Source: Octopus sinensis
Taxonomy: Eukaryota
DNA: 64,000 bases
Assembly: GCF_006345805.1 (NCBI RefSeq)
Contig: NC_043015.1
Location: 9,734,001 to 9,798,000 of the forward strand
Direction of reading: 5' to 3'
The translations under genes and the position numbers were made by a program. The notes below the pieces were generated by a model. The model was not told the origin of the DNA and ran no database searches. It worked only from the letters and a program-made list of their open reading frames with translations. Below, piece by piece: positions 15,389 through 28,205 of this stretch. The number at the start of each line of letters is the position of its first letter. Positions within the stretch are counted from its first letter, which is position 1.

Positions 15389-16159
15389 GGTAAATGAAAG
15401 ACGAAAGATGGAAGATAAAATAATTTTCATTAAGCGCTAGGATGGTTTCAATACATCTAGCATCGATTCATCACGGGTGTGATACTTAACAATTGGTCCA
15501 GGGCATCCGACGATGAGATGTGTCTCTTCGAGTGATAAATACATATAACTCATTAGCAATGTATCTTTTCTTTTCGAGAAAAGATAAAGCAGCTAAAAGC
15601 TATAATTCCGTGCATATAGATCAATAATGAAATAACAGATGTTAAAAAATTAAAAAAAAACATGCATTACTGCGAGAAATATGTTAAAATAACCGTTAAC
15701 TTATTTAGATGTATATACGGCCTCGCGTAGGTTGTATGGAGCATGTACAGTCGCTGATACAGGCATCGACGAAGATGTACGCATACGTGCAAATGTAGTT
15801 CTGCGCACATGCATTCACATAGACACTTAAATAGCTTTTTGGTGTTTATAAGAATGGTGAGGTTAAAGCTAAATTTAATTCATACGTACCTTAAGGTAAG
15901 TTATGTTGACAGTTACTTAAATTCATTCCCACTGCATTAATATTTCCTTTATATGTACAAATAAGTACATTTATATGCATGTATGCATCTTGAGAGTCCT
16001 TAAGAAATTCTATTAATGTTTTCATTGGTCCACAAAATAGACAAGGATTCTCTGAAGCAAAGTCTGCATCGTTTGGAAATATTGTATTGTTTCGTGTGCC
16101 CTTATCATGGATCCTTTTATGTTAAACCTAATTTTAACTTCCTTACGTCGCCACACAAA

Positions 16160-16515
16160 ATAGTTGTGGCTGTGTTGTAAGAAGCTTGCTTCCCAACCAT
16201 ATGGTTCTGGGATCAGTCCTACTCCGGGACATATTTGGCTAGTTTCTTGTGCTATAGACGCGAGTCGACCAAATTCTTAAGTAGATTTGGTAGACTGAAA
16301 CTGAAAGAATCCCGCCGTATATGTGTGTGCATGTGCGCGTGTCTTTGTGTCAATGTGCGTCTCCCACCACCGCCAGACAATTGGTGTTGGTTAGGTAAAG
16401 TACAAGACTTTAAACAAATATGTATTGGGGCGTATTCAATCAACTAAAAGTTGTTAAATCTGGTGCCCAAATATGGCCACAGTCTCATGATTGAAACAAG
16501 TAAAAGGTAAAAGCT
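16160..16515 (+). mobile_element. Diverged CORE-type SINE (family B)
   Basis: gtggctgtgttgtaagaagcttgcttcccaaccatatggttc...gatttggtagactgaaactgaaagaatcc...atggccacagtctcatgattgaaacaagtaaaag. Confidence 0.85.
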
Positions 16516-18749
16516 AAAAGATATACTTATGGAAAATATATAGTATACATTGCAAAGATATGAAGGAACTGAAAGATATTTACAGTGAATATACGAGTTT
16601 CACATATTCACAATCTAGCCCTGGTTAACTGCGCATGCGATAGAAATTTCCATGAGACGTTTCAAACTCTCATTTTCATAACACTGAATAGGCTTTCCAT
16701 GGCTATTCGTTTTATTATATATCATTAATTTAAACTTTTGTAACAAATATTTAGAAAGCAAAATATATTTATTCATTTGTCCTTTTCTTAGAAAATACGA
16801 CCTGTGTACTCACAAGAAATCTAGTTAAATATGTTTCCCTTTCTTGTTTGTATAATGAAACATTAACAGCTACAAATGTTTGTAATACACATGCAATTGA
16901 CGCAAGAACCTTACCTCTAAGAACATAAAATGTTATTGTATTTCACTTCATAAAATAGGTATCATCGAAACATCTCCAGCATTGCATTACAGACAGTCTC
17001 AAAGATAGTGGCTCGAACAGTGATGTGTCATAGCGCACAGCAACAATAGGCAAGGTATTTTCGACGTTGTGATTCTTTCTGTTAGACGGATATTTTAAGC
17101 ATTTGTGTAGCGCAGTAGATTGCCTATTTAGTTGAAGCAGTTGTCTCAAAAAATATGAAACTGCATAGCACTCTTCATTGTGTATTTCTTGCAACACATT
17201 TCGAATCAATAAACTCAATTAGTGAATCACTCTTTAAATCCGTTTTATTCAATCGTGTCAATTTATATTTTATCGCAATGACTTTCACACTAGATATAAG
17301 GAGGACAGTCAAAAGTGATGTCCTATTACTAAATAATTTACAATTTCTCCTCCATACAATTTCTTTCCTTCTTACATATTTCATCAAGTTTATATACAAA
17401 AGTTTCGTTTTATTTGCCTGTGTCTACGCGGCCAGTGAGTGTATACAGATAAATTTATATCAAATGTAATCTTAGACAATTGAAAATACAATACACTATA
17501 TCATTTGTAGAAAATCTCATGCTCTTATAATGGAAACCTCATTATAGACTTTGGTGAATCAGAATGTGTCAAACACGATACGCTGACGTCATTCGGTTGA
17601 GAGACATATTCTACTTCTAGATGTTCTCTGATTTTTATAATAATAACTTAGAGTATAATGCTGGTTTCCATGTAGCAGATGCATTTGATATTCAGAGTTA
17701 GTCTCCGAAACGTAATGATATATTTTGCATAATATTGGTATGATACCCGAACACACACTCACACACACACACTTTCAAAGACATGTGCGCACGCACACAC
17801 GCACACACACTCATATACGCATATATACACAAATACAAACACATGCACACGAATACAGAAAACACATAATCTCACTGTAACTAAAAGGTAACGCTCCGTC
17901 TCAAATACTGTATTTACAGAATGCCTTGCTGGAGATTAACATCTGCATTGATACATATGTAGGCCAGTGACAGAGACGTCGATCTGAATAGTAGTTAACA
18001 AAGACACATGGAGTATTTTAGAACAGTATTATTTTACACCCTGGCCAACTTGTATTTCTATGTGTAGAAATCCGTTTACTAAACTAATTGAGATACAATC
18101 CGTAATGTGACTCACATCAGTATTATGTCTAACAGATCAAAAAGTCATCTACATCAATCTCCACCGTAGTAACTTTCAATGTTGTTTCATTTAACAGACA
18201 TAATAAAGGACTAGAATATAAAAGTGTCTCATACAAGAAATATTTGCAGTATTTTATGAGCTAGTTTTTTTTTTTAGGACATAAATTTTACTTTAATGCA
18301 ATGGGTGATACTTTTCTATATTATGAGTAACACATTTTCCAGCTTGTAGCAAACTCCAACTACATGCAAATATTCTTCTGAAATGAGATATATGGTGGAT
18401 AGAGTCCTTGTTGCTTTCTATGTAACAAAACGGTGATTGTTATGGTGGTGAGCATTGGTTTGGTTAATTACAGTGAACAGAGCGGTAAACAAAAGAAGAT
18501 CAGAAATATTAAGTTTGATGACAGCGTTCTGTATATGCAAAACATGAGGGAAATATTAAACAGCTGTTCATGTCAATGTAAACTTGTAAGAAAACTTTAA
18601 CCATTCATTGAATAATCTTTATAAACGCAGCATAAATTAGTTAAGAGTGGTAGAAAGTTACGATGAAATGGGAAACGTGAGTTAGTATCGTATCGGTATC
18701 GTGTAGAAGATATTTTGAAACTAATTTGTTTTCATTGATAATCAGAAAG

Positions 18750-18900
18750 ATGTTTTTCACCATCTCTATGTTCAGAATAATGATCGTTCCCATTTTCATC
18801 ATTATTATCATCATCAATATCACTAGATATATTGTTCTCATCATTTTGGTTATCATCATCTTCATCCCCATCATTGTCTTCATTATCATCACTGTCATCG

Positions 18901-18934
<34 letters not shown>

Positions 18935-18965
18935 AATCATCATCATCAATATCACCAGTAATCAT
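18750..18965. repeat. Degenerate (ATC)n tract
   Basis: catcatcatc core with decaying triplet-periodic flanks. Confidence 0.85.
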
Positions 18966-20175
18966 CACTTCCAAACTCCAATTGGCATTCATAAATACCG
19001 CACGAATGTGCTTCTTGGAGATATTGCAATAATCGTTGATGCTATCAACAATATAAAACAAATGAAAGTGGTAACATGTTGGGTTGATATTTAGGCGTTG
19101 TTTTAAAAATGCATAAATATTTAATCTAACAATAATATATATTGCAAAGTGTTATTAAATAGGAGATGACAATATTGATAATGAATTTGACATTCGAGGT
19201 ATAGTTTTGCTAACAAAGATTATAAAAGAAATTTACATTGCAATGTTCTTGTGTACTTTAAATACATTTATGTGAGGTTCATATTAAAAGAATTGTTAAT
19301 GGAAACTATTATTGTGTTAATGATGGCGGTAATATTTTTAATTATCTCAATGACGTCAGTAATGATATATTTATCTTCAGCATAACTACAAAAATCAGTA
19401 TCATCTTTACCAAAGCACGTTGTTTTTCAAACACTTCCCCGGTATCACCATGTGATCATCGTCACCATAACCATTCTTTCATAACACTGGATGACTCGAT
19501 GTTTCAGTGAAATGAAAAGAATCATAAACATGGCAATGATTGTGTATGTCATTGCAAAAGAAGCCACACGAAGTCTCAACGTTTATACAAAAGATGTGAG
19601 ACCACCAACATTGAAAAAAAAAAGAAGATATTTATATGTATGATGATAGTAATTTAATTGCAGGAAGACGAAAATATCAAGAATTGTTAGCAAATATGTT
19701 GGAAGAGATAACAGGATGTAGAATAATATATTGAAATGAGAGGCTGTCGTGTATGGAGGGAAAGGATGCTGAGCTATGATAATCAAATTGATAAAGTATC
19801 ATTCTCACAATGTGACATCATGTATTAAGACGAATAAAAAATCCAACTAACAAGGTTGCATTACTGAAAAAATATTTGCCGCAAGTTATCCAAATTTCAA
19901 AATAATAGAAACATTGACAAACAGGAATCCAAGCAAGTTTCTGTAAATTTTTTCGTCTGTTGCTTCGTTTCGTTATAAAAGTAAGAGTAGAAATATTGGC
20001 GAGAAAACGTGCTTCGGATGTGTCAAAAGTATATACAAATGCGGAGAGGGAACAATATGCCAGTCTAACATACAACTATTCATGTGCGTGTGAGTATCTG
20101 TAAGTATGTGTAATATATATATGAATATATGCAATTTACCTGTAAATGGTTATATTTAATTATCTATCTATGTAT

Positions 20176-20229
<54 letters not shown>

Positions 20230-20317
20230 GGTGGTGGTTTTCAACCAAATATCAGTACTTCATCCATAACCTAACCAATGTGTCTCTGAAAACTTACGTC
20301 TGTAAATACTTTGATAA

Positions 20318-20530
20318 TAATCCTTTCTTCTATGAGCACAAGGCCTGAAAGTTGGTGTGATAGGGCCAGTCAATTAGATCAACCTGAGAACGCAACTGCT
20401 ACTTAATTTTCGACCCCGAAATGATGAAAGGTAAAGTCGACCTCGGCGGAATTTCAACTCAGAAGTAGAGATAAACGAAATACTGGTAAGCACATCGACC
20501 GGCGTGAGCACGGTTCTGCCAGCTCACCGG
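20318..20530 (-). mobile_element. tRNA-headed SINE (family C)
   Basis: Reverse complement of ggtgagctggcagaaccgt...gagttgaaattccgccgaggtcgactttacctttcatcatttcggggtcgaaaattaagtagcag. Confidence 0.85.
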
Positions 20531-20574
20531 TTTTAAACTTTCATAATAATATCGGTCCTAAGTGGGCTAATTAG

Positions 20575-21050
20575 TACGCACCAGCATCTAGACGTGCTTT
20601 CTGCGTGCGATTTCATGAAGAATTAACACCTTTCCAACGAGGGCTAGCTATCCTCTGTATGTCTCCAAATATGTCTCAAAAACCGTCGATATTCCTATGT
20701 GAATGTATTAATTGATGAAGAATTTGTCTTCAGAGATGCCATATCATTTTGCATACGTCTTTGTAAAAATGATAGTGTGCGTGCCTCCGCATTGTGGAAG
20801 TGTGGATGTAGATGGATATATACATCAGGTTGTAGATATACAGATATGTAGATACATAGATACCTAACATTATTAGCTGTACTCAGAATCATGATGATAT
20901 GGACAATATTGAAGATAAATTGAATTTCGGGCATATCGAGCGTGAAGTGCTCCCTACGGGCTATTTCGTAAACATAATCTACAAACTTCTCGTACATGCA
21001 TTTCATGCCATAAACAGCCTTTAGGAATGGATTTCCGATGGCCTGGAATA
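20575..21050 (-). mobile_element. Highly decayed mariner transposase remnant
   Basis: Fragments 'PSEIH..LKAVYGMKCM' (HTH start) and 'GKVLILHEIARR' (resembles the mariner motif G.V.LLHDNARPH). Confidence 0.5.
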
Positions 21051-21140
21051 CAATTTTTGTTATTTCAGATGATTATTATTGTTGTTATTTTTATTTCATT
21101 TTTCGGACGGGTCACCACCACCGCCCTAAGGCAGTTATAT

Positions 21141-21174
<34 letters not shown>

Positions 21175-21178
21175 ATAT

Positions 21179-21239
<61 letters not shown>

Positions 21240-21644
21240 TGGAGAGGGACTTCCTGAAAGTGTGGGCACTTCGTAATAGAGTGCATATAAAAATGGACCG
21301 GAGATTTCAGTCATCAGTCAAGTCACAAGACGCATCTCAGACAGATAATACTTTCCTTAAAATAAGCGCTGTGCCCAATGAGGCTGCTTTATGCAAGACA
21401 TAAATTTTGCATGGGATTTCCACTTGCCTTTAAAAGATTTGAAGTTTCAATGGGACCGAGCCCAAAGCCCCGACCATCACTCGTTTCACTTTTACATTAC
21501 CCTCTCACAAACATACAGTCTTGCTCTTTCCACTTCCAATACGCAGTAGTTGGTTATATTTGCAAACTCTTTACTCATAACTTTACTTGGTACATGTTCA
21601 TACCAGCTCACTGTTACCTCAATCATAGTCCCAGTATTATTATT

Positions 21645-21690
21645 GTTGTTATTAGTATCATTATTGTAACTACAAGTACTACTACTACTG

Positions 21691-21769
<79 letters not shown>

Positions 21770-21915
21770 TTATTACTACTACTGCTACTACTACTGCTAC
21801 TGCTGCTGCTACTGCTGCTGCTGCCACTAATACTACTGCTACTACTACTACTACCACCCCTGACAATAATTATAATAATAATATTATTATTATTGTTATT
21901 ATTGTTATTATTATT
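21645..21915. repeat. Compound (ACT)n/(GCT)n/(ATT)n array forming the tail of the adjacent R4 element
   Basis: Read directly from the sequence. Confidence 0.9.
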
Positions 21916-22300
21916 GCTATTTGAAAACTCACAGCTTATGTTTTTGCTGTGTATGATGCAAAGCGTCAACTGTGCACAGCCACCAGACTAAGGTGACACT
22001 TGTTTACTGATCATGCTTCAGGAACCCTACGCAGAATTTCTGCAGTTCCAAGCTATGGTGATTTTAGTGGGCATTCTACGTTCATACTAGCAACGATCTT
22101 TTTCCAGCCATGCTGGTAGTCAAGTGCTGATACTTCCAAGTGCACCAATTCCTATGGTATCACGTCCACTCTCTTTATTGACTACAACCTGCTTATTTCC
22201 CAATTTAAATTGTCATAATCGTTTATTTGTTCTTCTTCTTTCACATTGATCTTGTTGTTACCGGTGCATGCTACGTCCATAATCATATATCTTCTTCCTT
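21915..22300 (-). mobile_element. R4/Dong-type non-LTR retrotransposon 3' end (RLE C-terminus, 3'UTR, (AAT)n tail)
   Basis: 'GRRYMIMDVACTGNNKINVKEEEQINDYDNLNWEISRL*SIKRVDVIP..IGALGSI...LGTAEILRRV', followed by aataataat. Confidence 0.85.
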
Positions 22301-22912
22301 TTTTTAATCTCGACAAGCGAGAGTCAAAGAGAAACAGAGAGTGGTAGAGAAACAGAGAGTGGGGGAGAAACAGAGAGTGAGAGAGAAAGAGCTTGAAGTC
22401 ACAACTAAGACAATTCCAATCAGTGGCAAAGAAACAGTTAGGAGGAGAGAGAGTGGTGAAACCTTTTGAACTATCTGACACACTCTTTCTGTCTGCCTCT
22501 CTCTCTATATATGTATGTGTTTGTTTATGTATGTGCATCTATGTGTATATTTGTATGTATATGATTGTGTGTGTTGCCGTTTTCAATTCCTTTCTGCGAC
22601 TGACCACAAACTGCTATTAAAGGCCCAACCAAGCACACATTTCTTTTAACCAATTTCAACTGCAGCCATACACCAGAGAACGTGGTACGCGTTTCGCTCC
22701 GAAATAGAAATTTTGGTTTTCCTTTCATTATAAAATTACACCTCAGCTAAAGAAACATAGTTTGATTTCAGAATACAACGTTGTCTTTTTATTTCTATAT
22801 CTTTTAAGATAGAATTTCTGGCTCATTTGTTGATATGTGTAAATAAACGAAAACTAAAGGAAATACACACACACACACACACATACATACATACATATAT
22901 GTATATGTATAT

Positions 22913-23013
<101 letters not shown>

Positions 23014-23301
23014 ATATATGTATGTATGTATGTCAACAAGAAACTATGACATTACAACCAGCCAAGCAAAGTCTTCGCTACATTTTCGGCACCTGCCAGA
23101 GTGAGTGTTAGTCCAGGATAGGAATACACAGTCACAGCAGGAGATGTATTATGACATGAAATGTAAAAGCCGGACTGGATCATTCTATGCTCAACTCCAT
23201 TTCCCCCAACACAAAAAGGATGCCAAAAATATATACACTTATATATATATATATATATATTTGTTTTCAAAGATCTTTTAGGTGAAATCGTGTGTTGAAA
23301 C

Positions 23302-23738
23302 ATATATTGTTGTATTTAGGAATGGTCCTTTTGCCAGTTTAGCCAATAAAAACACACGCACTATATATTTGGTGTTACTTTGCTTCAGAATTATTTATTT
23401 TTTACATTAATCTTAATCCTATTACAGGAATTTCTCCCACACACACACTAACGAAACATAGACGCACCTAGAGATATACGCATGCACAAATGAAGACACG
23501 TGCATTAGATATACAAAGTGGCTGACGGTTAGTAAGGATAGACATATAAATAAGGAAGAAGAAAGCAAAGGACCACTGATGCGGTCACAGGAGTGTGACG
23601 AAAGAACTTTGGCCGAAATAAGATTTAGATTAATGCAAAATTTAAATAACACTGAAGCAAAGTAACACCAAATATATAGTGCGTGTGTTTTTATTGGCTA
23701 AACTGCCAAAATGACCATTCCTAAATACAACAATATAT
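23302..23738. mobile_element. MITE/foldback element with ~125 bp terminal inverted repeats
   Basis: 23302-23398 is the reverse complement of 23643-23738 with about 4 mismatches. The inverted repeat continues imperfectly to about 23425/23616, and both ends lie in TA context. Confidence 0.9.
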
Positions 23739-23793
23739 ACAGCTCAAATATTTTTTCCTCTGTCTTCCCTTCTTGGGATCTTTCCTTCTCCTT

Positions 23794-23828
23794 GTTTCCG
23801 ACGAGAAGCTCCGCTCGAAACGTTAAAC
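23794..23828 (+). ncRNA. Minimal type-I hammerhead-ribozyme-like motif (core U4>C)
   Basis: gttt-CCGACGA-g(a)agc tcc gctc-GAA-ACGT-T-aaac. Stem I gttt/aaac, a stem II hairpin and a palindromic loop-less stem III. Confidence 0.6.
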
Positions 23829-23931
23829 CCTCCTTCCCTTCTTTCCTCAGCGTCAATAATACTTTAATTGTTCCACGTCCTGCGTTGCTGTGTGTTTTTT
23901 CCTCTTTTTTTCTGTGTTTTCTTGTTTGGAT

Positions 23932-23997
<66 letters not shown>

Positions 23998-24129
23998 CGA
24001 ATGTATTTGTGTGTGTGTGTGTGGTGTCACGTTGTGGAAATAAACACTCTCTAATACATTCGTAAATGTTTTTTTTCAGTTGAAACATTGTGAATCATTT
24101 TGGAGATTCAATAGTAAGTTTTAAAATAT

Positions 24130-25232
24130 GGAAAATAATGAGAGACGCAACACGTGAGCCTCAGCGTAGGAGAGAACGATTGCACGAGGCAGCTGTACTT
24201 AGAAAATATGAGAAACAGACTTCAACAAAAGAAGGCAACAATTGGACGAAGATAAAAGGCAGAATTACCTTGAAGATATGAAAGAAGCTGAAACACAGAA
24301 TTATCTTATGACAGACTGAGCTCAAATAAGTAGACTGAATATAATAAAAGAACACAAAATTCTCAATTTACGATTGGTGAGATGAACGTAGTATGCACGC
24401 ACTGACACTTCTGCAAGAAGCACTTGATTATTGTCATAATGGTAATGTTTCCTTGCCGAATCTACAAGAATATTTTTAATATTTAAAACAACTTTTGGAG
24501 AATACCACAATTGAAGGAATGAAAATTAGGAAAAACATCAGCAACTATAATTCATTGTATTCCTTCGCCTCATTTGGATCCAATGTTACATCACCCCCTG
24601 GTCGTCTCCCATACTCTTTCCGCTTGCTAGGGCGAGTCTATCATCACGCAAGCAACTTACATCCTGAAATCAATGAAGCTAGAAGATATGCTCAACTCTA
24701 TATTGTTGATTCTAAAAGAAGCCTTACAAACGACAGATGAAGTGGCTGAAAATATTAATTGCTTCCAGTCAGTAATAGAAAAGATTATTTCAGTCATGCT
24801 GAATAATCCATATACTGCAGCATATTTAAATATGCGCACTGTTGAAAACAAGAAAAAGTGCAGCCAGAGAAAATGTTAATCCGTGGAAAGTAAATATTCA
24901 TTTCATATCAGGCTCAGATGCCAGGAGATACAATAACCCTGTTAATAATGAAATTGCAGTTGCATTTGTAGGTGAAGAAGATGCACCTCCAGTTCATCGT
25001 GATATACTTATATATCCACGAGGGGAACAAAGACAACAACTATCGTATCTCTCGCAGCATTTAGATCCTCTGACTTATCTAATAATATTTCCCAATGGAG
25101 AATATGGTTGGCACATAGATATGGAACATGTGCAACAGAGGCAAACAAGATTTACCAATAAAGTCACAATACGACTATTCTATTGCTATCGTTTAGCAAT
25201 AAGGAATGACTTTAGTCCCGTTCTGAAATTCT
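24130..25232 (+). mobile_element. Helitron Rep/helicase N-terminal region (frameshifted)
   Basis: 'IGEMNVVC...CHNGNVSLP...IRKNISNYNSLYSFASFG...PGRLPYSFRLLGRVYH...YAQLYIVDS...RRYNNPVNNEIAVAFVGEE...RDILIYPR...HLDPLTYLIIFPNGEYGWH...FYCYRLAIR'. Confidence 0.92.
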
Positions 25233-25345
25233 TGTGGGGAGTTGTGCAGTTAATTAGATTGGCTACAGTACACAATTGGTACACAAAGGACGAAAAGCAA
25301 AGGCGACCCCGGCGGAATTTGAACTCAGAATGTAAAGACAGATGG
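25232..25345 (-). mobile_element. Partial family-C SINE truncating the Helitron
   Basis: aaaggcgaccccggcggaatttgaactcagaatgtaaagacag. Confidence 0.7.
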
Positions 25346-25434
25346 TCATAATATTTAAACATTTCTCATGGCACCAATATAATGTTTAGAGATGCTTACA
25401 GTCTTTTGTTTCCGTGAATTTTTCACAGGTCCAG

Positions 25435-25942
<508 letters not shown>

Positions 25943-26044
25943 TGAGAAACTAAATATCTGTGAGCCTGTATAACCATTCAATAAATCTGTCACCATCATT
26001 ACTTACAAAATTTGCTTCAAGGGCGGCAATAGCAGGGAAGGTTC

Positions 26045-26135
26045 ATTGACAATTCCATCGACCCCACTGCTGAAATGGTACTTATTTTATCGACTTCATA
26101 AAGATGAAAGTGAACTTCAGCTTGGCTGGAAACTC
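26045..26135 (-). mobile_element. Family-C SINE central fragment
   Basis: catcgaccccactgctgaaatggtacttattttatcgac...gatgaaag. Confidence 0.65.
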
Positions 26136-27629
26136 ATTGCAAGTGATAATGATATCAGATATCACATTTTTGTCATATTGGAGGATATCATCCAAAATAC
26201 GTTCGATCTTTATTGCTGTTCCGTTCTATAATCTGTTCATTGCAGATTACGTTACGTCTGTGGTGTAGTGACCTAAATGTATCCTACAAAATGCTTTCAT
26301 CGGGCCATCCAATACTATCACTATATTGAATGATATCCACTGGTATAATGTATTTTTTTAATACTTTAGATCATGTTATTGCATAGCTAAGAACGTATGG
26401 ATTCTCTTTCATTCTGAGTAAATGTATCTGGAAATGCATGCAATATGTTTGTAATTTTTATATTCGGAAATGTATACCTGCAAGATCTCATTACAAATAC
26501 ACAGTAGAAATATAATTATACTGGCGCTATTTTAGGTAGAGAACTGAATAGCTACCGTTCTGTGCTTGACGCATAATTTATAGTAGAAAGATATACACAG
26601 CAGGGTAACGAATTACATTTTCAGTAGACTAGCAACAGGTGAAATGTGATACAAACATCTGCAATAGGGTATAAGAGCCAATGAAGTGTTCAGGTGTGGG
26701 CATCCTTTATGAACATTTCGGAAGAAAAAATATTGAGTAAAGAGATAAATAATGCTGTAAACTTATTAAATGTATAGATATTTAATATAGAAACTATATA
26801 CTTATCTATCATTGCAACGTATGAAATTTGAATGATCTATGCTGTGCGTCTATTTTCTTCCCGCATGGCACATGACAAATGTTGATGCAGTGGATGACAA
26901 CGTTGAGGAATGCTGAGAATGTATTACTAGTACATTATATATTCATGATGTAGAATAACTCATTGCTTTCCACTCGTTTAAGTATATGATGACTGAGGAA
27001 TCAGTAACGTAAGGGCAATTGGTTTATCAATATCATAGGCACGCTTAAGGCTTACAGCAACTTTTCACGGAATTGTGTTCATAAATATGCAGCGTGTGTT
27101 TTTACCTTGCCAGTAACGTGTCCGGTTAATAAGTTCTCTTAAGTGATAAACACTATTGCTGAAAATTCATTTTGCGTGACATCTTAATATATGATGTATA
27201 TTTACCAACATTTCTCGCAAAAAAATAACTTGGCATATCTATATAAACAGTTCATTTCCTTACTCATGCTTATTATGTATGAAACAACTGCGTATCATTC
27301 AGCCAACTTCTGAAAAATCGATTGCGTATGTAAGCGTTGAAGAGATAAAGTGTAAGAGAATCTGTCGTGAAATACGAATTCTGAGAATTGAAAAAAATTA
27401 CAGTTAACTAAGTCATTCTAACTTTCCAAAACACAGATTTTTATACTACTTCCAAGTAACTAAATTTTAAATTGTGAAATATATATCCGTACTCCTGACC
27501 AAAAAATTAAAAAAGAAACTCCGAAATTCATTCCTGCAATTATTTATAAGACAGAAAATGCACTCTTAAAGTGTCGTTTCTATTTACAGTTAAGTGACTC
27601 TAAGAGAATCCAGTCTTATGCAAGTTCAA

Positions 27630-27955
27630 CACGGTCAGTGCCCATAATTTGTTTCATTCACGAATATACGTAGTAGTGGAAACAGTATTAAGCAGGAAAA
27701 TAAGAGAGATAATGTGTCTCCCTGAATAATTCTACAATTAATGTTGATCTGTCCTGCATTCATAATTCTAGGGTCAGTATTAAAAATTAATGTCGTTTCC
27801 CAGACCTTCTTGGCCTGAGATTCAAAATTCCTAAATGCTAGAGAACATCTCCAAGCTTCCATTTTCATTCTATGAGGAAGAGAATCAAATGTATTTTTAT
27901 AGACTATCCAGGCCACCGATGATGTTTTTCCACTTGTGACACTCTTGAATAATCA
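27630..27955 (-). mobile_element. R4/Dong-type RT fragment
   Basis: 'NKMIIQECHKWKN..MAWIVYKNTFDSLPH...WETTL...ININCRIIQGDTLSLLFSCL' (compare MAWIDYKKAFDSVPH...GIFQGDSLSPLLFC). Confidence 0.88.
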
Positions 27956-27959
27956 TTTT

Positions 27960-28007
27960 GTTATCAATATCATCATCATTGTTATTAATATTATTATTAT
28001 TAGTAGT

Positions 28008-28042
<35 letters not shown>

Positions 28043-28077
28043 TACTATTATTATTATTATTATTATCATCATCATCA

Positions 28078-28133
<56 letters not shown>

Positions 28134-28205
28134 ATTATTAATATTATTATTGTTATTATTATTATTATTATTATCATCGGCGTTGTTGTTGTTGATGTTG
28201 TTTTT
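27960..28205. repeat. (ATT)n/(ATC)n/(GTT)n array, tail of the adjacent element
   Basis: Read directly from the sequence. Confidence 0.95.

Noticed and set aside
18732-19061. Asp-rich 109-aa ORF resembling acidic matrix proteins
   Set aside because: Centred on an (ATC)n microsatellite and open in three frames; it has no signal peptide or splice support.
22690-22735. Half-hammerhead GAAACGCGUA on the minus strand (similar halves near 10345 and 44370)
   Set aside because: The CUGANGA half is absent or too decayed to support a call; these may be older PLE ends.
26640-26685. 'VKCDTNICN', a Ly6/three-finger-like C-terminal motif
   Set aside because: Nine residues with only one of the two adjacent cysteines and no upstream exons; compatible with chance.
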